Part shown: positions 9,208 to 19,424 of the stretch, piece after piece | How the letters are laid out: each line of letters opens with the position of its first letter | How positions within the stretch are numbered: position 1 is the stretch's first letter | Origin: a virus | Virus record (IMG/VR): IMGVR_UViG_3300008267_000006 | Location: 1-64,000 of that record | DNA length: 64,000 nucleotides | Reading direction: 5' to 3' (one strand) | Made by a program: the position numbers and the translations under genes | Notes under the pieces: model-generated | Told to the model about the DNA's origin: nothing | Databases searched by the model: none | The model's input: the letters and a program-made list of their open reading frames with translations, nothing else

Positions 9208-9460
9208 TTTTATTTTGTATCTGACTCTTTAGTTTTTTCATTACTTCTTCTTCAATTTGCTTTACACGAACAAAACTGCACCCTAATCTAGAAGATATTT
9301 CTCGTAATGTAAGAGGACCATTTCTTTCTGCACATATTTTAGCACAATTAAGATCTTCTTCGTAATTCATCCAGTTCCTACAATCCTTGTTTGGACAAGA
9401 AACATCTAGTTTGGTGCAAGCCTCAACGCATGTTTTAAATTTAAACTGACTCATCTTCAT
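9197..9460 (-). CDS. Cys-rich protein with sigma70 region-4-like HTH
   Basis: C-rich N half, then LTLREISSRLGCSFVRVKQIEEEVMKKL. Confidence 0.7.
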   Translation of the reverse strand: MKMSQFKFKTCVEACTKLDVSCPNKDCRNWMNYEEDLNCAKICAERNGPLTLREISSRLGCSFVRVKQIEEEVMKKLKSQIQNKNYL

Positions 9461-9881
9461 AGCTCTCTTTCTCAAGATCGTGAAAAATTCCTTCAATATC
9501 GCTATCATCTAGACCAAAATCTCTTACATTCTTTTTTCTTAGTTTAATTTCTTTCTTTATTGTAACTTTTTTTCTATTTGGAAGATTTGATTGAATCTGA
9601 TCAATAAATCCTCTGATATGCTCATTATCCTCTAGATAGCCTTTAATAAATTCTTTCATTAATCGTTTTTGCGTCAAATGATCAAATCTTAATTTAGCTA
9701 AAAAATTAGCATGAGATCCATCATTGATTATAATTTTAAGATTTTTCCAGAGTTTTCCGTAATTATATTTATCTGAGGATATGCGTCCAGCTTTCGTATT
9801 GTCCTGCGCTTGTCTGTTGGACAAATCTTGCTCTTGATTGGAATTCTGAGATATTTCTTGCTCCGGTGTATGAGAAGCCAC
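9441..9881 (-). CDS. Hypothetical protein (start uncertain)
   Basis: GTG at 9881 with GGAGG 8 nt upstream; overlaps IMPDH 3' end. Confidence 0.5.
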   Translation of the reverse strand: MASHTPEQEISQNSNQEQDLSNRQAQDNTKAGRISSDKYNYGKLWKNLKIIINDGSHANFLAKLRFDHLTQKRLMKEFIKGYLEDNEHIRGFIDQIQSNLPNRKKVTIKKEIKLRKKNVRDFGLDDSDIEGIFHDLEKESYEDESV

Positions 9882-10800
9882 TTTTTATTCCTCCAATTAA
9901 ATCGGAAAATATAGATTCCAGTGTCCCTTTATATGGAATTGTAGTAGAAATACCTTCTGGTGCAGAGGATTTTCCTCTCCATTCGTTTTGAGCTTCTCTA
10001 CTTGCCATTCCTCTATAAACTTTTCTGTTACCATTAGGCGTATTAATTAGTTCTCCCGGCGATTCTTTCGTTCCAGCTAGTAAAGAACCTAGCATAACAA
10101 AATCTGCACCAACTGCAAGAGCTTTAACAATATCACCGCTATTTTTAATTCCACCGTCAGCAATAATTTTTGCTGGGTACAGCAGAGCTTGCGATGCTTT
10201 TAAACATTCCATAATAGCCGTTACACTTGGTATTCCATGACCAGTATTAATCCTTGTACTGCAAATCGAACCATTACCAATTCCAACCTTAACAGAATCG
10301 GCACCCCAATTCGATAAGTCTACATACCCTTGTGCCGTTGCAACATTACCGGCCATTATGTGCGTAGTTGTTATCTTCTGTTTTAATTTAGATAGAGCTT
10401 TCCTCATGTTAATGTGGTGACCATGAGCAACATCAACACATATAATATTAGCTCCGCAAGCAACTAATTGCTGCGCTCTTTCTAGATAATCTCCAACAAC
10501 ACCAACAGCTGCCCCAACAACTTTTGCACCGTTCTTTTTTGCGTTAACAACCATACTACACTGCTCTTCAATCGAATTATATCTATGAATAATTCCAAGA
10601 CCACCAAGTTTAGACATTTCAGTAGCCATCTCAATACCAGTTACAGTATCCATTGGACTAGATATGATAGGATATTTAAGATTAATATAGGAATCTAAAT
10701 CATTTTTAAGATTCACTTCTTCGCGTGACTCAATTTCAGAAAATTGTGGAACAAGTAATATGTCATCATATGTTATTGCAATTTTATTTTGACAGCTCAT
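9769..10800 (-). CDS. guaB: IMP dehydrogenase / GMP reductase family, CBS-less
   Basis: [38 protein letters not shown]; could be a GMP reductase. Confidence 0.85.
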   Translation of the reverse strand: MSCQNKIAITYDDILLVPQFSEIESREEVNLKNDLDSYINLKYPIISSPMDTVTGIEMATEMSKLGGLGIIHRYNSIEEQCSMVVNAKKNGAKVVGAAVGVVGDYLERAQQLVACGANIICVDVAHGHHINMRKALSKLKQKITTTHIMAGNVATAQGYVDLSNWGADSVKVGIGNGSICSTRINTGHGIPSVTAIMECLKASQALLYPAKIIADGGIKNSGDIVKALAVGADFVMLGSLLAGTKESPGELINTPNGNRKVYRGMASREAQNEWRGKSSAPEGISTTIPYKGTLESIFSDLIGGIKSGFSYTGARNISEFQSRARFVQQTSAGQYESWTHILR

Positions 10801-11017
10801 TTTGTCTTTCCTTCTGACATTCTGGGCAATAAAGATCAACTCTTTTTAATGAGTTGAATACTTCTACATACCAAGTCTTTGCCATTTCTTTGTTGAGTTT
10901 ATCATACGGCTTTTTGCATGTCAAGCACTCATTTGCTAAACTTAGCATTAAATCGACAGTCGATGTAGCATCTTTGCCTAGTTGCTTTCCCATAGTCTTT
11001 CTCATTTTTCTGTTCAT
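10784..11017 (-). CDS. Small zinc-ribbon protein
   Basis: CLTC...CPEC. Confidence 0.6.
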   Translation of the reverse strand: MNRKMRKTMGKQLGKDATSTVDLMLSLANECLTCKKPYDKLNKEMAKTWYVEVFNSLKRVDLYCPECQKERQNELSK

Positions 11018-11025
11018 ATTTTTTC

Positions 11026-11724
11026 CTATGTTAAGTCAAAACCAGTTATTTTAACGTTTTCATCTAAAATACATAATTTCTTATATAGATGTTTATCATC
11101 TGACCACTCATATCCTTTCCACCATTCAAAACCTGGATATGACGCTTTGTAAATAGAGCACTTTTCATAACCGGCAGAAAGATACATATATTTGCACCTA
11201 TGTTTTTTTGCAAACATAGATTCCAAAAAGATACTTACGTGTCCCATTGATAATTTTGGATTTTCATAATCCCAAGCAAACTCAACACTTAAATAATTTC
11301 CAGATATTATCTTGTAAAACGAAAAAGCAATTATATCTTTACCACTCATGTAATATATACAACCGTGACTATTTGCAATCATGTCATCAACGGTGATACT
11401 ATTTCCTACATTAAATCCTTTTTTTAGCATATATTTATTATATATTTTTTGTAAAATATTTTTTTTCTCTTCTGTAAGTGTTAAGTGGGGAAAATATTTT
11501 ATATTTTTAGATAGTTTTAAAATCTTCTTTTCTGGGCTATATTTTGCTAAATCTATTCTTGTTGATCTACATTGAAACCATAGCGAATTGTTTATTGGGA
11601 TCCAACCTGTTTCAAATGCTTCATTGTATTCACTTGGTTCAAAAATAGCGGCAAAAGGAAAATACAGCATAGTTTCTTGCTGCATTTTCCCAAAGCCCAT
11701 TTCGTGATTAAAAATTAATCTCAT
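11026..11724 (-). CDS. Aminoacyl-tRNA--protein transferase, ATE/Bpt-like
   Basis: RSTRIDL; FAWDYENPKLSMG...KYMYLSAGYEKCSIYKASY matches the ATE C-terminal pattern. Confidence 0.7.
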   Translation of the reverse strand: MRLIFNHEMGFGKMQQETMLYFPFAAIFEPSEYNEAFETGWIPINNSLWFQCRSTRIDLAKYSPEKKILKLSKNIKYFPHLTLTEEKKNILQKIYNKYMLKKGFNVGNSITVDDMIANSHGCIYYMSGKDIIAFSFYKIISGNYLSVEFAWDYENPKLSMGHVSIFLESMFAKKHRCKYMYLSAGYEKCSIYKASYPGFEWWKGYEWSDDKHLYKKLCILDENVKITGFDLT

Positions 11725-11729
11725 ATACC

Positions 11730-12167
11730 CTATCCGGTACTGCCAAATCCATTACTACCACGCTTATTTCCAGTTACATTAAATTCTTCAACCTCTTTTA
11801 GTTGTGAATTATAAACTTTTTGAACTGTAAATTGTGCAATCTTATCATGGTGATTAAATTGAAGGATAGCATTTGTTGCATTGTATACAACAATACCCCA
11901 AGGACCAGTATAATATGAATCAATCAACCCAAGAATAACAAATCTACCTTTGCTATTTAGTCCACTACGTCCACGGAGATCGCATGACCAACCCTCTGGT
12001 GGCATAATAGCTAAACCTGTTGGAATAACTTTTGTCTCCCCAGGCATCATTTGAATACCGTCTGGACAATCGCAGAATAAGTCCCATGCTGCATCTTCAT
12101 GATGTGCTTTTAGTGGACCTTTAGCGGTTTTTGTTAGTTTTTTCCATTGTAGTGTTACGTCTGACAT
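11730..12167 (-). CDS. dut: Trimeric dUTPase
   Basis: AAWDL, RSGL, GLIDSYYTG, KIAQ, RGSNGFGSTG. Confidence 0.93.
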   Translation of the reverse strand: MSDVTLQWKKLTKTAKGPLKAHHEDAAWDLFCDCPDGIQMMPGETKVIPTGLAIMPPEGWSCDLRGRSGLNSKGRFVILGLIDSYYTGPWGIVVYNATNAILQFNHHDKIAQFTVQKVYNSQLKEVEEFNVTGNKRGSNGFGSTG

Positions 12168-12169
12168 TA

Positions 12170-12571
12170 TTAATCCTTTCGGCCTAGAAGCCATGATGAA
12201 CTTTGAATTTTATTACCTAAACCATCAATAATTGCAATTCCTAAATCTCTACAAATTTTTGACTCTGGTATTTCATACGTATAGCGATCACCGCCTTTTG
12301 CAAAAATATCTGGTCTTATGACCTCAAGTGATCTACAAACGGTTGGATCTCTATCCACTGCTAGTATAGCCATATCTACACACTTTAGTGATCTAACTAT
12401 CGTTAGTCTTTCTTGCTCATCCATAAATTCTTTAGAGCCTTTTATTTTTACTTGAAAATCATTATTTACAATAACAATAAGCTTGTCTCCAAGTTGTTTA
12501 GCTTTTTCAAGGTATTCTACGTGACCTTTGTGTAGTGGATTAAAATAACCACTTGCTGCTACTATTCGCAT
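12170..12571 (-). CDS. Cytidylyltransferase-like HxGH nucleotidyltransferase (TagD/RfaE/RibL family)
   Basis: SGYFNPLHKGH, ERLTIV, KGGDR, QSSSW. Confidence 0.85.
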   Translation of the reverse strand: MRIVAASGYFNPLHKGHVEYLEKAKQLGDKLIVIVNNDFQVKIKGSKEFMDEQERLTIVRSLKCVDMAILAVDRDPTVCRSLEVIRPDIFAKGGDRYTYEIPESKICRDLGIAIIDGLGNKIQSSSWLLGRKD

Positions 12572-12602
12572 ATAGTCTCCTTTGACCAAGAGGTCAGAAA
12601 TG

Positions 12603-12685
12603 ATAAAAGCGCCACTTCATGTTTTGTTCCTATTGCCCAAACATTAGGCTAAGGGAACTATATCACATGAAGTGGCGCTTGTCTA
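12603..12685 (-). promoter_or_regulatory. Long terminator-like hairpin enclosing a sigma70-like promoter
   Basis: 16-bp perfect arms 12607-12622 and 12665-12680; TAGACA(12680-12685)-17-TATAGT(12657-12662). Confidence 0.65.
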
Positions 12686-12696
12686 GCTAGCTTTAA

Positions 12697-13077
12697 TTAA
12701 AAATCTTCCTTATCTGCTCTATCTGCGGCTCTATCTGCTGCCCAATCATCCCAAGCAGCATCGCTAGCGGATTTTTTATGCGCTTGTAATCCTATTTCAA
12801 AGTTATTTATGTCATGCTTGGTCATAAACTTCATGTCTTCTTCGAAAGGAGTTTCTGCTGCAATGGCATCAATAAACTCTTTTGCATCCTGTACATTTAT
12901 ACTATTTATACGTATTTTTGAATTATCAGTGTCAGACTCTGATACGTTTACTCTAATTAAGTTACCCCTTAGTAGAGTACCTAGATCCATGTCAATCTCG
13001 AAACCATCTCGCTGCTCTTTAATGGATTTTAATTCCTCAATAATTATTTGTTTTAGACGTTTTTTTGTTATATTCAT
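12697..13077 (-). CDS. Probable late/head-internal protein with ITKKRLKQIIIEE leader
   Basis: Leader motif; ACTATTTAT at 13122-13130. Confidence 0.55.
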   Translation of the reverse strand: MNITKKRLKQIIIEELKSIKEQRDGFEIDMDLGTLLRGNLIRVNVSESDTDNSKIRINSINVQDAKEFIDAIAAETPFEEDMKFMTKHDINNFEIGLQAHKKSASDAAWDDWAADRAADRADKEDF

Positions 13078-13129
13078 TTTATTTTCTCGCATTATTCAGT
13101 CTTTAAGACTGTTTTGATATTATAAATAG

Positions 13130-13480
13130 TTACACCCTACCATAATCGTCAGAATATCTTATAATATCATCTTCACCGTAGTATACACCAATTTGCACTT
13201 CTGTAAATACTAGCGGAACTAAATCGTGATCATTTATAATTCTATGTTTTCTTCCAGCTTCAATAACGATAACAGCGCCAGGCATTACTTGTTTTTCGTG
13301 GTCATCAATAATAGCTGTTCCTGTGCCTTGTTGTACTACCCAAACTTCACTACGTTTTTCGTGTGATTGATAACTAAGTCTTTGTTTTGGGTTCACATGG
13401 ATACGTTTAACTTTTCCATAGCCTTCGTCATCTAAAATAATAAAATGTCCCCAAGGTCGTGCTTCATATTTTTCACTCAT
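13130..13480 (-). CDS. Cupin, mannose-6-phosphate isomerase (ManC C-terminal type)
   Basis: RPWG, VKRIHV, LSYQSHEKRSEVW, HRI, EVQIG, EDDIIR. Confidence 0.88.
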   Translation of the reverse strand: MSEKYEARPWGHFIILDDEGYGKVKRIHVNPKQRLSYQSHEKRSEVWVVQQGTGTAIIDDHEKQVMPGAVIVIEAGRKHRIINDHDLVPLVFTEVQIGVYYGEDDIIRYSDDYGRV

Positions 13481-13483
13481 TTT

Positions 13484-16400
13484 TTATCCTAATAATCTAA
13501 TATGATCTTTAAAGTTTTTAATAGAAAACCCAAATGAATCTTTTGCAATTTGTGCCATATATGGCCTATTCATATGAATAATATCGTTATTTCTAATACT
13601 CCAGCACTTAATTTCAGTTATTGTATTGCTTGTATCTGTTACTTGTAGAATCCAATATGGTTTACCTTTTTTTGTAGTCTTAATTTCACGTTTTCTTGGG
13701 ATAAACCAAACTAATGGAGAACAACCTTCCATATATGAACCAATAGGAGAAACCTCTTTATCTGATAATCTTTTAAGTATATCTTTAGACATAACAAGAT
13801 GAATCGGATATACACCAGAAAGAGATGTCATATTTTCAATTTTTTCTTCATCGTTGAAGTCTCCTTCTGGCTTATATTTCTCTATATTCTCTTCAAACTT
13901 CTTTTTGGTCTTTGGACGATCAACTGCAACGGCAGACCAAAAGTGCTTTACTCCAGTAAATCTACTATCCACTAATGAATTCATTGCCTCTGTTCTGATT
14001 AATACATCAAGAGCTTTCTTATTAAATTTATTATATTTAATATTTTCATTGAAAATGACATCTTCAATTGTTTTAAATGGTCTGTTAGCAATAATTTCAT
14101 TAATAGCTGCTTCTCCAAGTCCTTTAATAGACGTTAAAGGTTGAACAAGCGTATTATTACTGTCATTGTCAATATCCCATTTTACACTTGATTTATTAAT
14201 ATCAAGCTTTCTTGTATTAAATCCAATGCTTTTAACCAATGCAATTGCTTCCTCTTTACGATCCTCTGGTTCTTTATCAAGAAACGCACAACACCATTCC
14301 GCTGGATAATAATTCAATAACCAAGCACATTGGTAGGATAGAATTGAATAACAAATAGCATGTGAAAGATTAAAGCCATATCCTGAGAAGAATTCCATAG
14401 TCTTCCATAGATCATTTGCATCCTTTTCACTAATGCCTTTATCTGTACATCCACCGATAAACTTGCTAAATAGTTTATTCTTAACCTCTGCTTCCTTACC
14501 AGTTCCCTTCTTAGTAAGAACCTTGCGAAGCTCGTTTCCTTCATCTAGAGAAATATCACGTCCAAGTTTATGAGCAAGCAAACTAAGTTGTTCTTGGAAG
14601 ATAATAAATCCAAACGTATCCTTTGTGACTTCTTCGACAAGAGGATGAATATATTTAATATCCCAAGGCGCACTTTTAGCTTCTACATATTTTTTATCTA
14701 CATTAGCTGATAATGGACCGGGACGATAAATTGAAGTAATGGCAGCAATATCTACGATATTTTTAGGAGCAGCTAATTTACAGAAATTTTGTGCTCCATC
14801 GTTAGTAAACTGGAATGTACCAACGAATTTTCCTTTCTGGAAAATATTCTCATAAACATTTTTATCATCTAGGTCGATTTTTCCTGGATGGAGATTTTCA
14901 TGGTAGTATTTTTTAATATCCGTAAATGTTGGTTTTTGGATACCATAATGAATTCTTAGAATATGCTCAATACAAGTTTCAATCATACGCAATGAAGCTA
15001 ATCCAAGAATATCAAACTTAATAAAACCAAGAGGCTCTAAGTGACGAACAGTTTGTCCTTCGGTCCAAGGAGTTTGAGTTACTCCACCACTATTAATAAG
15101 CGGCATAACATTATCCAGATTATCTGCAAATAGTACACCGCCCGCATGGCGTGAAATACTACGAATCTGACCTTGTAATGTTTCAACGTGAGTTGCTACA
15201 TCTGGATACTCTCGTAGATAATCATTAAGTGATGGAGAATGTTTCTTTAACTCTTCCCAAGTAGGATTATATACACCAGCAGTAATACCATGTTCTTTCT
15301 TACAAGCAGGAATTGCTTCATTGAGCATTTTACTTGTTACTTCATTTACTTTTTGAAAGTCAACGCCATATAGCTTACTGATATCTTTTACAAGTGAACG
15401 AATTTGTAGAGTATTATAATTTGAAATAGGAACAACAGTGTTTTCACCAAACTCCTTGATCATCATATCCTTGATTTCCATTGGATCACTTACATCAAAA
15501 TCAATATCTGGATAATCTTTAGCATTACGTCGAATAAAGCGTGAAAATTGTAGCTTATACTTAATTGGATCAATTTCAGTAATATTCAAAAGATAAGAAA
15601 CTAATGAGCCAGCACCAGAACCTCGTCCAGCTCCACAGATTTGGTTATCTTTTGATCTATCAGTAATAGTTTTCATCGTTAGGAAATACTTTGAAAAACC
15701 ACGATCCTTGATCGTATGTAGTTCCTCTTTCAGGCGATCTACGTATTCACTGTTTTTATATAGACCGCTATTCTTAAGATTTGTAACAGCTAGTTTAGCA
15801 AGAGCACTATCAGCGCTTTCACCTTCTGGAACAACAAAGTCTGGAAGTTTAATACTTGTGTCTGGAGTGTAGTTTTCGACACGATTTTTTAAAATGTCAG
15901 ATGTGCGAGCAATACTTTCTTCTACCAATTTATCATCATAAATAAATCCAAGATTTGCTGAAAAGCTCTTATATGATGCATAGAGTTCATCACCATTCTT
16001 TGGATAAAGTTGGTACTCCATTTCCTCAAGCTTTGACGGCAGTATTCCAAGATTAATTTCATCTTTCCGTTTATTCATCCAGCCAAGCATCTTATAGATT
16101 TCACGATCTTTCCATAGATCTGGACTTGGAAAATGTGCATCGCAAGTGCTAATTAGTTGAAATCCATACACTTTGCTGAGTTGGATAATATATTGATTAA
16201 TGATATGTTGTTCACGATAATTAGCCCACTGGAGTTCGCCATAAAAACGATCTCCAAAGATGCTCATCATTTGTTCAATAGTTTTCTCCATAGCGTTGAG
16301 AACAGCGGTTTCACCCACATCGCGGTTACGCCAGTAATCATTACCCAAAATACCACCGATACAAGCAGAGGAGGCGATGATCCCTTCTGAGTGTCTAGAA

Positions 16401-16915
16401 AGCATAGAGTAGTCAATACGGGGGAAGCGATAAAAGTTGTCACCACGATAACTTGTAGAAACCAGCTTAAAAATGTTGTTGAGGCCAGTCTGATTAAGGG
16501 CGTTGAGTACAAGGTGACTACGTTGGTTGAGAATGCTCTTGATACCTTTTTTTGTTTCGCTTTCATCTTCAACGACCAATCCAATATCTTCATCAACTTG
16601 TTTTGCGAGTTTAGCATCTTCTTTTATTTTCTCCTTATCTATTTTCCATTGATTTAGGTCAGAGTGAACGTAAGCTTCGACTCCAAAAAAAACCTTAAAA
16701 TCGCCACGACCTTCTTCTTTCATTTTTTTTGACTTCATAAATGCATGAGAAAAAGAATTCATATTACCATGTTCCGTCATGGACATACCAGACAATCCAT
16801 TAGAGTAAGCAAAATCAAAAAATTGATCGGGATATCCTAGTCCATCGAACACAGAATATGTCGAGTGATTATGAAGTGATGCAAACGGAATAGAAACTTT
16901 CTTTTTGTCTGACAT
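13484..16915 (-). CDS. dnaE: DNA polymerase III alpha subunit (family C)
   Basis: PHP LHNHSTYS..DG, GRGSGAGSLV, PDIDFD, RHAGG, KFDILGL, YGFNLSHA; start MSDKK coupled (TAATG) to endonuclease stop. Confidence 0.96.
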   Translation of the reverse strand: MSDKKKVSIPFASLHNHSTYSVFDGLGYPDQFFDFAYSNGLSGMSMTEHGNMNSFSHAFMKSKKMKEEGRGDFKVFFGVEAYVHSDLNQWKIDKEKIKEDAKLAKQVDEDIGLVVEDESETKKGIKSILNQRSHLVLNALNQTGLNNIFKLVSTSYRGDNFYRFPRIDYSMLSRHSEGIIASSACIGGILGNDYWRNRDVGETAVLNAMEKTIEQMMSIFGDRFYGELQWANYREQHIINQYIIQLSKVYGFQLISTCDAHFPSPDLWKDREIYKMLGWMNKRKDEINLGILPSKLEEMEYQLYPKNGDELYASYKSFSANLGFIYDDKLVEESIARTSDILKNRVENYTPDTSIKLPDFVVPEGESADSALAKLAVTNLKNSGLYKNSEYVDRLKEELHTIKDRGFSKYFLTMKTITDRSKDNQICGAGRGSGAGSLVSYLLNITEIDPIKYKLQFSRFIRRNAKDYPDIDFDVSDPMEIKDMMIKEFGENTVVPISNYNTLQIRSLVKDISKLYGVDFQKVNEVTSKMLNEAIPACKKEHGITAGVYNPTWEELKKHSPSLNDYLREYPDVATHVETLQGQIRSISRHAGGVLFADNLDNVMPLINSGGVTQTPWTEGQTVRHLEPLGFIKFDILGLASLRMIETCIEHILRIHYGIQKPTFTDIKKYYHENLHPGKIDLDDKNVYENIFQKGKFVGTFQFTNDGAQNFCKLAAPKNIVDIAAITSIYRPGPLSANVDKKYVEAKSAPWDIKYIHPLVEEVTKDTFGFIIFQEQLSLLAHKLGRDISLDEGNELRKVLTKKGTGKEAEVKNKLFSKFIGGCTDKGISEKDANDLWKTMEFFSGYGFNLSHAICYSILSYQCAWLLNYYPAEWCCAFLDKEPEDRKEEAIALVKSIGFNTRKLDINKSSVKWDIDNDSNNTLVQPLTSIKGLGEAAINEIIANRPFKTIEDVIFNENIKYNKFNKKALDVLIRTEAMNSLVDSRFTGVKHFWSAVAVDRPKTKKKFEENIEKYKPEGDFNDEEKIENMTSLSGVYPIHLVMSKDILKRLSDKEVSPIGSYMEGCSPLVWFIPRKREIKTTKKGKPYWILQVTDTSNTITEIKCWSIRNNDIIHMNRPYMAQIAKDSFGFSIKNFKDHIRLLG

Positions 16916-17622
16916 TATTGCTCCTGTTTTTCTTTCCATGTTTTGTTAGTTACTATATTATGAACGGCTTTTTTACTTATGTTATAAGCTTTAGAGATTC
17001 GCTTCAAACTTCCATGTTGTTTATGTTCTTCTCTTATTTTTCTTATTTGCTCCCAAGTTAATTTTGCATTTCCGCTGTATTCTCCAGCGTTTTTTCCTCT
17101 CATTTTTTCTATTGATTCTGGTTTATGTTTTTTTCCATACCAACAACTTTTTTCACCACTATGGTCCGGTTGATTTTTACCTATTTTTGCTCTAACATCT
17201 AGAGATCTTTGCTTACCATAATTTGGTGAATCCAAGCCTTTTTTACCATACATAGGATTTAATTCTCCAGAGACATCAGCATGATTTTCTCTCATTTTTT
17301 TTCTAGTTTCTTCTGAAACAATTCTTCCCAGAGAAGATCCTGCTGTTTTACATATATTGTATTCTGGATTTTCTAAATCTATATATTTTTGTTCTAATTG
17401 AAGTAAAATCTCTTTTGTAAAACTTTCAAGCACCTCTAACACTTCAAAAATTAAATTATCTTTACCATACTTAAGATATGCTCTTTGAAGTGGTTGGTTG
17501 TGATGGTTGCTATTTTTTAATTGTCTAAAGTGCAAGTCTTTTCTTACTTCTAAATCAATCGAACTTCCAATGTATTTTTTTCCATTTACTATGTTAGTTA
17601 TTTTATATATTCCTGCCGCCAT
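16915..17622 (-). mobile_element. Free-standing GIY-YIG homing endonuclease with NUMOD3-like repeats and C-terminal HTH
   Basis: GIYKITN...KYIGSS, EQKYID, YNI, SEETRKKM, HKPESIEKM; AAGGAGG RBS. Confidence 0.88.
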
Positions 17623-17654
17623 AACTACCTCCTTTGCTAAGTAGTATGGCATAT

Positions 17655-17706
17655 ATGATTATGTACACTTATTTGGAAAAACGCTTGGCTTTTTACGTTC
17701 AGTCAT
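17655..17706 (-). pseudogene. Stranded 5' remnant of a dnaE allele
   Basis: MTERKKPSVFPN then (+1 frame) SVHNH, versus DnaE MSDKKKVSIPFASLHNH; ATG coupled to ligase stop. Confidence 0.65.
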
Positions 17707-18818
17707 TATTCATAATCCTCTCTTGAGATGTTAATAACATACGGGAATCTTGGAATTCCCGCTGGCGTTAAATTAAAATATTTCACAGTTGCTGACTTAC
17801 CAATCAGCTTATGGCGGTTTTTAAGAATGTCAACGCCTTCTTCAAAAGTGCATTTAATGTTGCTATTAAACTGCTGACCATTACGCTCAAAAACCATATA
17901 GCCAGCAGTCCCGGTACGATTACCCACACCTTCACAGATGTCCAAAATGGTGAATTCTTCATCAGTAAATGTTTTCCTCTTTAAGAGGTATTTGCTACGC
18001 TTATTTTCATATCGAGCAGATGAAATGCGTAACATTTGACCTTCATATCCATTAGCGAGATATTGTTCATATAGAACATCCATGTCGTTTTGGTTATAAA
18101 CAAGCGTTGTCTCGACTTGCTTGCAATAATCCAATCCTTGATAATCCTCAAATATATTTTGAAGATAATAATATCTATTATGATAATCCTCTCTGTAGCT
18201 TGGAACATCATAAATATGATACTGAATAATATTACGACTTTCTTCTAAGTCTTTAGTAGAAGGTTTCGTTTTACGAACGAGAGAAATGATACGATTAAAA
18301 TTATCGGCAAGAGAATCAGCATAAAGCTCGCCGTCAAGAATAAGATCGGGGTTATCATCGAATAGATTACAAATCGATTCAAAAATGTGCGGCGCAGATA
18401 GTATCTTTTTTCCATTACGGCTAAACATCCCTTCCTTGGTTACGATACAGCGTACACCATCAAGTTTTGGCTGCGAATAGACTGGGAATTTAATTTCGTC
18501 CTTACGATCATCCCAATTTTCAGCAAGCATTGGCTCAAAATACTGCTTCTGCTCAATACTATTGATATCTTCAAAATAGCCATGTTCTAGTTTTTTCTTA
18601 CGAAGAGCTTCTGCTTCTTTGATAGCTTGTTGCTCTGCTGTGGTTGCGTTTGCACGATCTATGTTTTTAGATTCACAGTAGGTAAATTCGCTTGTTTGCT
18701 TTTTACCGTCAATTTGGCCTGAAATTGTTCTATATCCATTTCCTTCAATTTGTATTGTCCACTCTTGTACTTTGTCGCCCTTAGTTTTCTTATAAATTGT
18801 AGGAAGAGTAATCATCAT
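17706..18818 (-). CDS. ATP-dependent DNA ligase
   Basis: PMLA, QPKLDGVRC, FSRNGK, LDGELY, GYEGQMLR, PRFP. Confidence 0.93.
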   Translation of the reverse strand: MMITLPTIYKKTKGDKVQEWTIQIEGNGYRTISGQIDGKKQTSEFTYCESKNIDRANATTAEQQAIKEAEALRKKKLEHGYFEDINSIEQKQYFEPMLAENWDDRKDEIKFPVYSQPKLDGVRCIVTKEGMFSRNGKKILSAPHIFESICNLFDDNPDLILDGELYADSLADNFNRIISLVRKTKPSTKDLEESRNIIQYHIYDVPSYREDYHNRYYYLQNIFEDYQGLDYCKQVETTLVYNQNDMDVLYEQYLANGYEGQMLRISSARYENKRSKYLLKRKTFTDEEFTILDICEGVGNRTGTAGYMVFERNGQQFNSNIKCTFEEGVDILKNRHKLIGKSATVKYFNLTPAGIPRFPYVINISREDYE

Positions 18819-18827
18819 TTCTCCATA

Positions 18828-18880
18828 AAATAATAGCACCCGCTAGATTGTACTCTAGCAGGCGCATAAATAACTGTCAA
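18828..18880 (-). promoter_or_regulatory. Sigma70-like promoter within hairpin
   Basis: TTGACA(18875-18880)-17-TAGAGT(18852-18857); stem GCGCCTGCTAGA/TCTAGCGGGTGC. Confidence 0.65.
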
Positions 18881-18884
18881 GCGG

Positions 18885-19190
18885 TTATTTATTTGTTGAC
18901 GGCTTATCTACCGTTCCTTTAGAAAAGTATGTATTTCTGTCTCTTACAGCTAATTCTACTAGATCGGGACTTATATGTCCAAAATCATTTTTTTTATATG
19001 GATTTTCATTAACATAAAATTTAACATACTTTCCTTGACGCGGCCAGCTTTTTAGTAAGCTTACAAAATTTTTAAATACCGATTTCCACAATATTCTATA
19101 GTATTTTCTCTGCGCTCTAAATACTTCTAATTTATTGTCTATAACAACAACTTCCTTGTAACCAAACAATTGTTTAAGAAATTTCCACAT
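18885..19190 (-). CDS. Hypothetical protein
   Basis: 101 aa ORF. Confidence 0.5.
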   Translation of the reverse strand: MWKFLKQLFGYKEVVVIDNKLEVFRAQRKYYRILWKSVFKNFVSLLKSWPRQGKYVKFYVNENPYKKNDFGHISPDLVELAVRDRNTYFSKGTVDKPSTNK

Positions 19191-19424
19191 TTAATTATCC
19201 TTTTCTAAGGCGGGTTTATTAAGCGCTTCTGCCATTCGTTCAAGATCTAACTCAAGATCCTTAAGAGTTAGCCCACATGGTGCTTCAAAATAGTATGTCT
19301 CATCGTCATCATAACGTATGATATTTCCAGCGGAACCATCTTCTTTTAGATCAACTTTAACAAAACCATAATTTCCATGTTCACTTAAAACGCGATACTG
19401 CCAATCTTTTCCATATTTACGCAT
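19191..19424 (-). CDS. Hypothetical protein
   Basis: Start probably MRKYGKDWQYRV. Confidence 0.55.
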   Translation of the reverse strand: MRKYGKDWQYRVLSEHGNYGFVKVDLKEDGSAGNIIRYDDDETYYFEAPCGLTLKDLELDLERMAEALNKPALEKDN

